NCBI RefSeq assembly: GCF_018977255.1
Contig: NW_024704743.1
Coordinates: 113,462,001-113,526,000, forward strand
Direction: 5' to 3'
DNA length: 64,000 nt
DNA from: Callorhinchus milii
Taxonomy: Eukaryota
A program made the position numbers and the translations under genes. Shown piece after piece: positions 37,842 through 50,943 of this stretch. The notes beneath the pieces are model-generated. The model searched no databases. It saw nothing but the letters and a program-made list of their open reading frames with translations, and had not been told where the DNA came from. The first letter of the stretch is position 1, and every line of letters begins with the position of its first letter.

Positions 37842-39283
37842 CAACAACAACAACAAAATTACATTTCTATAGCGCATTTCACGTCAGGAGGAAGGCGCTG
37901 GACAGTCCGTGTTTCGGACCCGAGCTGGGGGTTGGGATTGGGGAGGATGGGGGGCAGGTGGGGAAGTAGGGTGGTCGAAAGCACGGTCAAAGATGAGAGT
38001 CTTGAGATGAGTCTTGAAGGAGGCAAGGGAGGGAGTGAGGTGGAGCAACTGCGGGATGGAGTTCCAGAGGTGGAGGCAGAGTGGCAGAAGGCCCGCCTGG
38101 CGGTGGAGGCTGTGGATCAGGCCAGAGTCCGCTGAGCAGAGGGAGTGGGCAGGATGGTAGGGGATTAGGAGGTTGAAGGTGAGCAAGGCCATGGAGGGCT
38201 TTGAAGGTGAAGACCAGGATCTTGAACTGTATCCTCCGTGTGATGGAAGCCAGTGGAGTGGGGCGAGGATGGGGGTGATAGGGTCACAGAGCCCGGTGTG
38301 GGAAAGCCTGGTGCGAACGGGCTGCAGAGTTCTGAATGATTTGCCGCATATGGAGGGAGGAGTTGGGGAGACCGACAAGCAGTCAGTTGGCATAGTCAAG
38401 CCTGGATGTTATGAATGCGTGTATGAGGGTTTCGGCGGCCTGCGATGTGAGAAAGTGTCGGAGCCGGGTGATGTTGTGGAGGTGGGGGAAGGCAGAGGAG
38501 TGGGTCATGGTATGGATGTGGGATAGAAAGCATATTTGAGGGTTAAACAAGATGCCAAGGTTCTGGACTGGCTCAGTAAGGTGGAGTGTGCATCCTTGGA
38601 TGGTGATGCTGTCAGCACCTGAGGTGAGGAGGCGCTGACGGGAGCCAATCAGGAGAGCCTCGGTCTTGTTGACGTTCAACTAAAGAAAGTTAGCTCTCAT
38701 CCAGGACTTGATGTCTGACAGACATTCTGTCAGGACAGCAGTGTTCTTGGAATCAAGGGTGGAAGCAGAGAGGCACAGTTGGGTATCATCTGCATACATA
38801 TGGAAGTTACCCCATGTCAATTTCAACCAAGAGGGAGCATATAGATATTGAAGAGAAGGGGACCAAGGACAGAGCCCCGAGGAATGCCACACGAGATGGT
38901 GCGGGGGCTAGATGGAAATCGTTTGTGGAGATGAGGTGGAGGTGGTGTGAGAACTATGATCTGAACCATTGAGGGACAGAACCATGAAGGTTGAGGTGAG
39001 AGGAGAGGTGGTGGATGAAGATAGAATGGTTAATGGTGTCAAAGACAGCAGAGAGGTCAAGGAGGATGAGGAGGCAGAGGGAGTCCTGGTCGCAGATGGA
39101 CAGAATGTCATTTGTCACTTTGACCAGGGCTGTTTCTGTGCTGTGGTCATCACAGAAACCCGATTGGAGGGGATCATGAAGGAAATGGCAGGAGAGGAAT
39201 GAGCGAAGCTGGTAAGTTCCAGGACCTTGGAGAGAAAAGGGAGGTTGGAGATGGGGTGGTAGTTTAAGAGCAGGACTGGGTCC
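37842..39283 (-). mobile_element. L2 LINE, 3' 1.4 kb (RT region to tail)
   Basis: Minus-strand FHMYADDTQL, NVNKTEALLIGS and LHWLP, with the (CAA)n tail at 37842. Confidence 0.9.
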
Positions 39284-39975
39284 TTGACTGGTTCAGATCA
39301 TACTTCTCACACTGCCTGCACTTCATCTTCGCAAACGGCTTCTCCTCTAGTCTCTAGACCGTCTTGCGCAGCGTTCCTCAGGGCTCTCTCCTTGATCCCC
39401 TCCTCTTCAATATCTATATGCTCCCTCTTGGTAATATCATCTGCAGACACGGGGTCAACTTTCACATGTATGCGGATGACACCCAACTCTACCTCTCTGC
39501 CTCCACCCTTGACTCCAGGAACACTGCTGTCCTGACAGAATGTCTATCAGACATCAAGTCCTGGATGAGACCTAACTTTCTTCAGTTGAATGTCAACAAG
39601 ACCGAGGCTCTCCTGATTGGCTCCCATCAGCGCCTCCTCACCTCAGGTGCTGACAGCATCACTATCCATGGTTGCACACTCCACCTTGCTAAGCCAGTCC
39701 AGAACCTTGGGATCTTGTTTGACCCTCAACTATCCTTTCTATGCCACATCTGCGCAATGACCCACTCTGCCTTCCCCCACCTCCGCAACGTTGCCCGGCT
39801 CCGACACTGTCTCACACCGCAGGCCGCCGAAACCCTCATACACACCTTCATTAAATCGAGGCTCGACTATCATTGCTTGTCGGCTTCCCCAACGCCTCCC
39901 TCCACAGGCTGCAGATCATCCAGAATTCTGCAGCCCATGTCCTCTCCTGCGCTAGACTCCGTGATCCTATCACCC
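39284..39975 (+). mobile_element. L2 RT segment in inverted orientation (duplicate of about 38255-38975)
   Basis: ORF 39364-39987 reads SVPQGSLLDPLLFNIYMLPLG...FHMYADDTQLYLS...NVNKTEALLIGS. Confidence 0.9.
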
Positions 39976-40280
39976 CCGGAGCGGTAAGATTTGATAAGGC
40001 CCAGCCAGATCTGTCGATGGATCGTTAAATTCGATTTAATCCAAGTGCGTTCAGAGGCACCCAGCTGTGCTTTAAGGGAGTGAAGGTGGCTGGTGTAGCA
40101 TTGTGACGTTTGGTTCGGGAAGTGGGGGAAGCACGGGAATCAAGAGTGATGGAGAGCGAGCGAGCTGTGGAGGAGAGTGACCAAGGAGGATCGGTCATTG
40201 TGGGAGGAAGCCCAGAGAGGGAGGAGTTTAGATGACTCCAAAGCAGCGGGGTGGGGGGCCAGAGATTTTTTTTCAGGGGC
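39976..40280 (-). mobile_element. L2 upstream segment (between endonuclease and RT)
   Basis: The reverse complement matches 16980-17295 (ttaacgatcca.cgacagatctggctgg). Confidence 0.75.
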
Positions 40281-40580
40281 AGAAAGTCATATTAAATATA
40301 TGGTCCCCACTGATATGACTTATGTGACGTTTACTGTATCACGTGGATTGTTTAATCGTGTTTTGAATTATTCCCTTTTTCTCTTTACTTCCCCCCACCC
40401 CAACAATAGTTTTTGCCAAGAATTTATCTGCCCTGATGGTGGGAGTTTTTAGAGCTTTTAAAATGAGATGTCTCCAAAGGGGATTTTTGAGAGGTACATA
40501 ACATTTTAAATGGGAATGAGAAAGCAAATTCACAACAGTACCTTTGGTTGCATTGAAACAGCAGAACGAGTGGACACAGG

Positions 40581-40947
40581 ATTATATAATAATAATACTC
40601 CCATTTGATATAGCGCCTTATCAGGTCTTCGAGATATCTCAAAGTGCTTCACAGAATATACTGTAAAGTGAATCGACTGTATAATTTGTGGGCGAAACAC
40701 AGCAGACAATTACGCACAGCAGTGTCCCACAAACAGTCGTGAATTGAGTGACCACATTTTTTTAAGGAATTATTACCCTCAAAAATGTGATCCGCCAATC
40801 GACTGATTACCGGGTTCCTACTTACTGCTAGGTAAAAAGAGGTTTGTAGAGTAAGGAAACTTGCCCAAAGTTTCACCCTGGTGGGAATCGAACTCATGTC
40901 CTCTTGCTTGCGAGGCGAGTGCTCTAACCACAAAGCTACAGGACACC
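40581..40947 (-). mobile_element. Young SINE, long variant, full length
   Basis: Reverse complement of the 31379 copy. Confidence 0.9.
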
Positions 40948-40949
40948 AT

Positions 40950-41150
40950 GGTTGCAAAGTGGTATTTCAGGGCAGACACAAGGAAGTATTTCTTTTCCCA
41001 GAGGATAATAATGACTGGAACAGGTTTCCAGGAAGGGTGGTTGACACCAGGACGACTCATGTTGTGATGGGAGGTTTGGATGTTCTGGAAGGGTGAAATG
41101 AAATGGGCCAAAGGACCTTTTCCATCTGAACCAATCTTGTCATATAATGA
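40950..41150 (+). mobile_element. CR1 3' fragment
   Basis: FRADTRKYFFSQRII-like C-terminus of CR1 ORF2 and a gggccaaaggacctt 3' UTR. Confidence 0.65.
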
Positions 41151-43052
41151 TTGGGATTGGTGTACTGCTAAAACTAACTTCATTCAGTGACCAGTTAGAG
41201 CTAAGAAATGGATGGAAATTTGTAGCATTTCATAATCTGCTTGAGTGAGCAGATTCTAAATATAACTTGTATTGTAATTTTATCGCTTCAGTCAAAGCAT
41301 TGGAATCGTTGTTTCAAAATACAAAAAGTATCCTTTTTAAGGACCAGTATTTAGAGCATGGTTTGTTTGAAGGTGGGATCTGCTAATGTATTTGTGTCAG
41401 AAGCCATGAAGGTAACTTTAATCCCCTAATAGCCAACCAGTAACAGCAGGTTCATAGAAATTAGGACAAAACAAGGATGGCAGGATAAATTTAATCTTGC
41501 ACAGGTCTAGGATCTTTGTGTTCATCTAATAAAAGTGATTTAATATCATCTGCACATTCAGTGATGAGAAACCATTCAGTTCATGTAGGCCATATTGCTG
41601 GTTGGAGCCCTATTGCTATACATGTGTTATCATTAGCACAGCATTGGAGTGTCAGCTTGGACTGTGAAATAGACTTAACTTGCAATATAAATATATAGAC
41701 AACTGATTTCACGTTTGTCACAATTGTTGGGTGAGTTTGGTGTTGGATTAAGTAAATACTCCATTGGTTGTTTTTTTTTGCATGTTGGGATGAAATTCAG
41801 AGCACATAGTGCAGGGCACCCTCCCCCTGCTGACCAACCTTATATGGATGCTGATGTTGAGAAATCATAAATAAGATTGCAAGGAGTGTTGTAACGGATG
41901 CTGAGTTTGCTGTAGAAGCAGGCTTGCATACACAGCAGAACTGCCAGAAACACAATCTGCAATCCAACGTCAAACTGAAACTGTTTCTTCTTGGTATTCC
42001 ACACGTAGAGGGTCAGCACGCCCATTAGAGCTCTATAGCTCAGCATGGGCTTTAAAGCTTCAATCATCTTTCTTGGCGAGAATGCCCTGCTCTCTGGTTT
42101 CCCATAATCAATATCTTCCACACAAAAGTACTTGGACAAGTTCCCAAGCTTTTATCTAGAGATAAAGTATCTATCTGAGATACGTACACGCTTTCAGAAA
42201 ATATAATTACTGTGGAATTCCATGACACTTTAATCATTTAAAGTTGATTTAGAATATTTCATGCCTACAGTGAAGCAAATCAGTGTTAACCCTTTGAATA
42301 CATGCTTTCTTCAGTAAGCATAATCATATTATACATTCAGGTGGGATTTCCCAAATCATCTTTGTCGCCAAGATAGAACTCAACCTTTCTGACAAGCTTA
42401 ATCTGTGGAGTAAACAGTGAGTCTCCATCATACAATCCACTCATTTCAGATCACGGATCTCCTATCACCTAACCTGCACACCAATAAAATTCTCCAGAAA
42501 GACCACAATTTATCCTTTCCTTCCTCCACCTCTACTGGGCCGAGCTGCTCTAAAGCATAATCCTTTCTTTGGGGAGAGTTAACTTTGACGGTTTAGATCA
42601 AGATTGATTGTACAAGCTATGAATGAGAACCTACATATGTCTGTGTACCTATGCTGCATTCTGCCACAAAAAATAGACACTCCACTTCACAGTATATCCT
42701 GTGAAGCACTTTGGGATACAGCAAAGCGTTATACCAAATAGTGACTATATTCTGTATGCAAAAGTTATCTGTTAAAGTTGACACGTTACAGGAAACCCTA
42801 TGAAATGCTTTGAGATGTTGCAATGGTGTGATCAGGCGTTAAATTCCATTAAAAAATGCTGTGTATTGGAAAACTGAGTGAATATCATTTATTTGAGGGA
42901 CTTAACATGATAGGCTCTTTGTTTGATTCAATGACTACTTTGGTGCATTGCATTGTAGTATATTTTATTACTTCTATCATTTTAAAAAATCATAGTGTTT
43001 CTCAGGTAGTGTCATACAATACAATGTAATTTACATTGATACAATTGTTATT

Positions 43053-43348
43053 ACCTTAGGTAAGTTTCCTTACTCCACACGCCTTTGTTTACCTAGCAGA
43101 AGTAGGAACCTGGTTGTTAGTTGATTGGCGGATCGCATTCTGGGAGTAATAATCCACTCAATAAAAATAATAATAATTTAGTCACTCAATCCATGTTTGT
43201 GGGACACTGTTGTGCGCAACTGGCTGCTACGTTTCACCCACAAAGTATAGAGTAAATTCACTTTACAATATATTCTGTGAAGCGTTTTGAGATTTTTCAA
43301 CGACGTGATAAGGCGTTATATCAAATGCAAGGATTATTATTATTATTA
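43053..43348 (+). mobile_element. Young SINE, long variant, lacking head
   Basis: Matches 31460-31758. Confidence 0.88.
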
Positions 43349-44886
43349 CTTAACATTGAACTGATGGTGGAAAGCTCAAAATGAAATCCCCAGATTACTT
43401 TTGTTTTAAGACAGTATCTACCAAGTGGATAAACCGTGTAGAAAACAACTGGAAATCACATGCGATTAAGTCATTTTTATCTTCATCCATCACTTCCATG
43501 GAGTCGCATATCATTTCCCATTCAGACTAGGAAAGATTGAAACGTGAGACTCTGTGTAGTGTGTTATTTCCCACTGCCTGCTGTTTGCTTATCTCAACTA
43601 ATTGTTTCAATGGGGGCAAATTGTGTGTTCTAGTAATTATCAGTCACCATTTGTTTCAATCCGTTTCTGCAACCTGCAAAGTGCCAGTCATCGAAACAAT
43701 TAAACAGTGAAAAAAGGTTAATTTTTCATGTGGATGAATCCCTTGATTCAAGTTCCTTGAAAGAGTGCATTGAAGTCAAAATGTTTGATTGACAAAGCGA
43801 ACAGAATTTAACTTTTAACACCGAAAGGTATCTATTACATGAGAACTTTCTTCTGGCGCCAGGAGGTATTTAGGCAGTTTGCTCTGCTATTCCATGGGGG
43901 AAAGTGTGCTGAAAGTTGTGGATACCTGACCAACGCAACTAGAGGTTCTCAGAAAATGAGCTTGAACAATAATTATAAGTCGTTTCCTCCAAGGCTATTG
44001 ACTGTGGGAAAAGCTGTGAATATTCTGACCCGAATTGTTTCCCTTTCCCCAGTAAAACAGGTTCCAAGTAACTGAAAGAGACAAATATAATGAATTATAG
44101 GAAAACAGTTGTACACCAAACTGAGATAATTAAAAAAAACTAGTCACTAGCATGACAGCTATTTGTTGCTATTTTGAATACAAGTCACTAGAAAGAAGAA
44201 AGAACTTTGCATTGTTATTGGCATGAATAATGCAGCTGCCGTGTATCATTCCTCTGCTTATCATCTATCATTTGCAGATGTTTACAACTAGCCTTGCCTC
44301 TTACAGCTATAGATCTGCTGCTACCGCCTGTTAATAATCCTTGCATTTGATATGGCGCCTTTCACTTCGGGAGGACGTCTCAAGGCATTTCAGATTATAA
44401 TTTTAGTTTCTAATGTCATTTTATTTATCATTAAAATGTCACTGAATTTATTTAATGGAGTACAGTGACAAATTCACTAAGCATATAGAGTTTGTTGAAT
44501 AGTTTGGCACACGTTTTGTGAATTAAGTTGGATAAACCCTAAACTATGTTTAAGATATAGTTCAAGCAGAAAGCATCAATGTATTTAAGGGGACACTTGA
44601 TACATATATGAGGGAGAAGGGAGTAGTGGATTAATTATGGAAGAAGGGATTAGGAGAGTGGGAAACTCACTTAGAGTATAAACACTAGCATGGACTAATT
44701 GGGCCAAATGACTTGTTTCCATACTGTAACTATCTATGTAATTCACCACACACCAAAAGCTATTTCTTATTTCTTTCATTTCTTCTCCCTTCTCCTCCTC
44801 TATAGCAACTATTTGACTCCTTTTATAATAATGGGGTCTGGCTTCATGGGCACCAAGTCCCCCCGAATACCTCATCCCAGTGACCA

Positions 44887-44950
44887 CAGTCATTGTAATC
44901 AAAAGTCATTGTAATCAACAGTCATTGTAATCAACAGTCATTGTAATCAA
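44887..44950. repeat. Tandem repeat, 16-nt unit x4 (CAGTCATTGTAATCAA)
   Basis: Directly visible; one unit has a C>A change. Confidence 0.95.
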
Positions 44951-45446
44951 AACTCAATTTAGCTGTAGCTCTGCCTCGATACACATTTACCTCCGGCAGG
45001 TAAAGCTGGATATTCTTCAAGGAGTGGAAACCTTGGCGAGGTTTCCTCCAATTATTGCAGGAGTGAAGGTCAATTGCAGTGTCCCCATTGAGGTCAGTCA
45101 ATTCAGGATAGACCTAGGATGTAACATGAAACCTTATTGGTCTCTTTAAGGTCAACATTGTGGTATTCCAATAACAAATTCTGCTCTATTGTTAACGAAC
45201 ATCATTAAAATGTGTTTTGAAATTCCTCGCTGACATTTAATAACACTAGCAAATAACTGTTGAACCAATTCATAATGAGGTCTAAGATTCAGTAAAGCAT
45301 AAAATGAACAGCAACCGTGATGCTATATTTGTTGGAGTATTACACCCTTGAGTATTAGAAGCAGGTTTGCATTCTTGATTTGTCACATGAGACCAAGGTC
45401 TAACATGGGCACCACTTTAATTGCAACATTTTAAAAAGACGTTAAC

Positions 45447-46438
45447 AGTCCTGTAGCTCAGTGGTTAGAACACTCGCCTCGCAAACGAGAGAACTGGGTT
45501 TGATTCCCATCAGGGCAAAACGTTGGGCAAGCTTCCTTACTCCACACGCCTCTGTTTACCCTGCAATAAGTAGAGACCCAGTTGTGAGTCGATTGGCGGA
45601 TCGCTTTCACGGGGGTAATAAATTCTTAAAAAAAAGTAATAATTTGGTCACTCAATCCACGACTGTTTGTGGAAACTGTCAGGATCTAAAGCATTCACAC
45701 TGAGAGTACACTAGCAACTCAAAAATAATTTTTGATCCTGTTGCTGAGACATGAAAGTCTTATGAAAGTGTCATGAGCAAGCACGTATTTACTGAATGTA
45801 CTGAAGGAGCTGTCCGTGACCCCATCTCCCCCATTCTCGCCCGACTCCATTGGCTCCCTATCCTTCAGAGGATCCAGTTCAAGATCCTGGTCCTCACATA
45901 CAAAACCCTCCATGGACTCACCCCACCCTACCTCTGTGACCTCCTAACCCCCTACCAACTCGCCCACTCCCTCCGCTTAGCCGGCTCAGGCCTGCTCCAT
46001 GACCCCCGACCCATCCGCCCCACCATTGGTGGGAGAGCCTTCAGCCACTCTGCCCCCAACCTCTGGAATTCCATCTCCCAATCACTCCGCCTCGTCCCCT
46101 TCTTAGCCTCCATCAAGTCCCACTTCAAGACCCTCCTCTTCAACCATGCCATCGGCCACCTCCCTTCCCCTCCCCTCCCTTCTCGCCCCACGACCCCAGC
46201 TCGGGTCTGAAATGCTGTACACTGTCCAGCGCCTTGGGACGTCCTCCCGACGCGAAAGGCGCTATACAAATGTAATCTTGTTGTTGTTGTGGTTGTTGTG
46301 TGCAATTGGCTGCCCCGTTTCGTCCAACAAAATATACAGTCAACTCATTTTGCAATATATTCTGTGTAGTGCTTTGAGACATCTTGAAGACGAGATAAGG
46401 CGCTGTATCAAATGCAAGGAATATTATATATTATTATA
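45447..46438 (+). mobile_element. Young SINE (long) split by a 134-nt filler plus an L2 3' fragment (45813-46298)
   Basis: The SINE stops at 45678 and resumes at about 46297. The L2 part encodes DPISPILARLHWLPILQRIQFKILVLTYKTLHGL. Confidence 0.88.
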
Positions 46439-47422
46439 ACAGGATGATCTCAATTGTAGTTTCACTCCAAAATGGTTAGAAAAAGCATAGGAGGAGGCAG
46501 CAGGTAGAGGTAACTTGCAGGCAAATCACCCAAACTCTTGTGGATTTGTACTCTTGTACAGTTCGAAGCAGCTTGCTCAAGAGCAACATAGATAGAGGAT
46601 TGTTATTCGATCATATAAAAGATCTCTTCAGTGAAGCATGGTTTGTTCATGGCATGCAGCTAAATTAAAACTGCAAAAAGTTTTAAATAAAAAACAAACC
46701 AAGAAACATAAAAGCAACATAGGGTTATCGATCACACAATCAAAACAAATGCAAGCATTATTATTATTATTATCAAGTTTTCAGTTGTTAATCACCATTA
46801 GGTATTTTAACTATTATATGAACTATTTATAGATATAGATTAGACTGAGCAAATATATGTTGTTAACTAAAATTACAACAGTAACATCTTGCACTTGAAC
46901 AGCACTTTTCACGTAAACTAAAAAATCAAAATATGAACAAAGCAATAATGTGATAGGAGAATGGGAGGGCAGGTTTCCAGAAAAATTGGCCTTCAGAACC
47001 ATCATCCAAACAAATCTTGTGATCTTGTGTAGATAAACGTTCCAGGACCCTAGATTCAATTCCAATTGAGAAGATTTTCAATGTGAGTCATTTGTGTTGG
47101 TCACAAGTACTGGGAATTCTCGAAGACCAATGGAGGTATTCCATGATCATTAAATGCCATTTAGCCAATAAGTACTGATGGAAGTTGGGGGAAATATGAT
47201 CCTGCGTTTTAATCTCTGGAGATTGAAGATTACATCAATTATACTTCATTACCTTTCCCACAGGCATTACACTAGCCAAGCAGAAAAATCAGTCCAGGGA
47301 CACATGTGCTGATCATCCCAACATGTATTTCGCAACAATACGATAACATCAAGAGCATCATTTATGTCATTGCATCACGAGACATATAATCTGAAAACGT
47401 TTTTGCTGTTGTGCTGCAGACA

Positions 47423-47451
<29 letters not shown>
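47423..47451. repeat. (TAT)n microsatellite
   Basis: Directly visible. Confidence 0.9.
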
Positions 47452-47455
<4 letters not shown>

Positions 47456-48908
47456 CAAGAGAGGCACTGGAACAAAACTACCACAACAAAACTGGTAATC
47501 TTTGTTTCCAAGCCCATAGTTTGGATGTACATCAAAGCAAGATTATTTTTTTCCACCAAAAACAACTGCAACTGGAAGCTGGAAATATCCAGCAACTGCA
47601 GCTGGAAATATCTGAGATTTGACAGTTCTATGCACATGCATGTTTTGACCCTCCCTTATGACAAAAATGAGGAAATTGCTTCATTTTGTTGGAAATGGAC
47701 AATTAAACTGATTCTATTACAACAACTATTTATTATAACAACCAACGGCTTTAAGGTAAAACAATGTCTCACATCAAAGCGCTTTCGTAAAATTAGGGCT
47801 AAGAAAGAGAGGATAGAAAGAGAAAGTAAAAGAAGAGAGGTCAGGGATAAAACAAGGCAAAAAAATAAAAATTAAAGGGTTTAATTTTGACTGACAAATG
47901 ATTAAAGGTAATTGGTAATTAGGTTTTGTTTTAGTTGTTTACCTTTGCAATTGAGAGATAAGATTACCACAACAAATCAACTTCTGACATGTAAGTATCT
48001 TTATTATTGTATTATAAATGCATATTTCGCCATGGAGGATTTTTCTAAGACCAATAATAAGTCTGGAGTCAGGTCAGGTGACTCCAGAGTTTTTCACTTC
48101 ATTTTCTCCGATGGAGCCTTACATTTCCTAATTTGTTAAGAATGGTTCTAAAGCCCATTTACTAAACTTTCCAAAGTAATTTTGAATCTGCTAAACAAAA
48201 TTCTGTTTGAACCTGTGTTAACCTTAATAAAAGTATCAAAACATTTAAAGAATCTGACTATAATGAGCAGCCAACAAGCACAAATCTGATCAGTTGATGG
48301 ATATAATAATGATGATAATAATCCTTGCATTTGATATAGCGCCTTATCATGTCATTGAGACGTCTCAAAGTGCTTCACAGAATATACTGTAAAGTGAATT
48401 GACTGTATATGTTGTGGGCAAAAGGGGAGATAGTGAGAGAAGGAGGTCCCAAGCACTGAAATCACAAATGTCACACAGCCATTGTCATGATCATTCAGCG
48501 GGTTCAAACCTCACTGGGAAATATAGCCCTGGATTGTGTCAGGCGGTTCAATCCGATTTGGACTTGGCTCCTCCAACTGTAATCCTACCTCTCCTTGTCA
48601 GGATCATTCTCACTCACATCAGTAGTCGTGTAGTTCCTGAATCTAATATTCCTGTCCCACAAATAGGGAGCAGACCAATTGGCGAAAGTATATGTTTTAT
48701 CTAATTCTGTGGTTTCAATGTTTCAATGTCACAAATTGCAAAGATTATTGCAGTCACCTCTTACTCTACTGGTCTGAGGTGGTCCTGACTTACAGACAGA
48801 CGATGCTTAAGCCTCTGGAACTTCATACGCTTTTTTCTATAAACCATTTAACTTATTTAGTTTATATTATCTGATGTGTTTTTGATGTCCAAAAATAGCT
48901 TTACTAAA

Positions 48909-49328
48909 TCCTGTAGCTTAGTGGTTAGAACACTTGCCTCACAAGCGAGACACCTGGGTTCCATTCCCAGGCAGAGCGAAACTTTGGGCAACTTTCCTTA
49001 TTCCACAGGCCTCTGTTTATCTAACACTAAGTAGAACCCAGTTGTTAGTCGATTTGCAGATTGCTTTTCCGGGGGTAATAATCCCTTAAAAAAATTGATT
49101 ATTCAATCCATGACTGTTTGTGGGACACAATGGAAGTATAATTATAAAAAGCAAGGCAATTAGGACGTTTCAAAGAGTTACTGTTTGTTGTGGATTGGCT
49201 GTTGAGTTTCGCCCACAACATACACATTCAATTTACTCTACAGAATATTCTGTTGAAGCGATTTGAGAAGTCTCGAAGACTTGATAAAGGGCTATAACAA
49301 ATGCAAGAATTATTATATTATTATTTAT
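48909..49328 (+). mobile_element. Young SINE, long variant, with a ~55-nt internal insertion
   Basis: Head, internal block and tail are all present. Unrelated sequence lies at about 49129-49185. Confidence 0.85.
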
Positions 49329-50889
49329 TAAGAGATTGGCTATGCTTAGGGGTGGCTCCACGGGCTATCAATCAATCAATCAATCCCTTTGCAGTTTAAT
49401 TCACTAGTCGGTCTGTTAATGTTGTCAGGATAATAAAGTCGAGTGACATACAGCTATAGGAGGATGTTCAGGTGTTTCCTTACAGCCTGTAATATCTTGT
49501 CGGATCGGCTCCACCAGGCAACGTGGGTAGAAACTTTACCAAAAGGAAACAGGAGGTGAACGTTGAAAACGTACAAAATGTGCATATTTATAATCAAATA
49601 TGACAGTTATTGTGGGGCAGAAAGACAGGTGGGCAGACGTGGTGCTAATGAACAGCTAATAAGCTCTAGCATTTACTTTACAATATGGAAACATGTTCAC
49701 CTCGAGGTGAATGGTCAGTTCACATCCACTTGTGGCTGTGTTTAGATGTAATTAATGTGTGTGTGGTGTGAGGTGGGGGGGGGATGCTGTGCTTTGTTTA
49801 CAAGTTGGTCTGTAGAATATTTAGCAGTAAACTCCTTTAGGCTTGCAAGCCTGACCCTCTGGAGACCCCTGAACTGATCGATTTCCCACCTTCTTAAGCC
49901 TTGTCTCGGTAGATGTAATCGGATCTGGAAAACGTGGGGCAGGCGGACCATCCGGCATTTTCCCATCTCAAGCCTTTCCAACAGGTTAGGTTTCTGTGGG
50001 CTGGAAGTTGTCATTCTCCAGCATTGCTTTTTTTTGGGGGGGGGGGGGGGGCTTTTTGCTGTTTCAGACTTGTTTGATTTCCCACTCGCCTACAAATGCA
50101 GACAATGTAGAAAATTGGGATCCCTGTAACCTGCCTCTGTCCTCCAGGTACTAACTCACTGGATTGAGATTCAGATCAGACCTCCAGGGTGTGGGATTTT
50201 TTTCTTCTCCAGAAAACAACTCACACCCTAACTTGTAGTAAAGTACAGTACAACTGAGAACTCTCATTGTTAAGATCCCCTCATAAATAGAAATAATTTC
50301 AACGCTGCAAATGCAAATTAACTGTATTCCTTGCACTATTTATCCTCACGTGCATTCACTAAACTCAGTTTTATTGCCCCTTTACAAAATATATATATAT
50401 AAACTGTCAATTAGCCTACAAAACACACAGTCAATACACTTTTCCACAAACCCTGTGAAGAACTTTGAGACTTTCTCCCGAGGTAACAGGCGCTGCATCA
50501 AAACTAGGATTTGTTATATTTCACTGTTATTATGTCGTGCAAAAAAAATCTTTTGTGTCTGAGACAAGTGAGTCAATAAGCTTTCCTGCTTTGTCCAGAA
50601 TAAAGATTATTTATCCAAAGCAAAGTGAGCAGATACACATTTGCCCGACACGTGTGGACTGATTCCTCCGGCGCAAAGTGGTAGATGTTTGGCGTTGCAT
50701 TTTTTTAAAAAAATATATGCACATTAAATAAAAAATTTTTTTATAAAGGATCCAAATGAATTTTGAGATCCAAGTAAATTTTGGGCGTCTGCATTGGTCG
50801 TCACGGTGCTCCCTGACGCTTTGGGTGGATGTACTGTGTGTAAGTGCAGAGCAAAACTGTCTATTGCACACAAGGACTCAGCAGAAGGT

Positions 50890-50904
50890 GAGAGAAAGAG
50901 AGAG

Positions 50905-50941
<37 letters not shown>
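50890..50941. repeat. (GA)n microsatellite
   Basis: Directly visible. Confidence 0.95.

Positions 50942-50943
<2 letters not shown>

Noticed and set aside
39364..39987. 207-aa RT ORF as a functional or domesticated gene
   Set aside because: It is a partial L2 RT fragment that lacks the N-terminal RT motifs and frameshifts near its end.
44887..44950. CRISPR-like array
   Set aside because: Head-to-tail repeats without spacers in eukaryotic DNA; this is a minisatellite.
47411..47875. 154-aa ORF (and the 171-aa ORF at 56411-56926)
   Set aside because: Both are produced by microsatellite, low-complexity or repeat sequence, with no recognisable domain.
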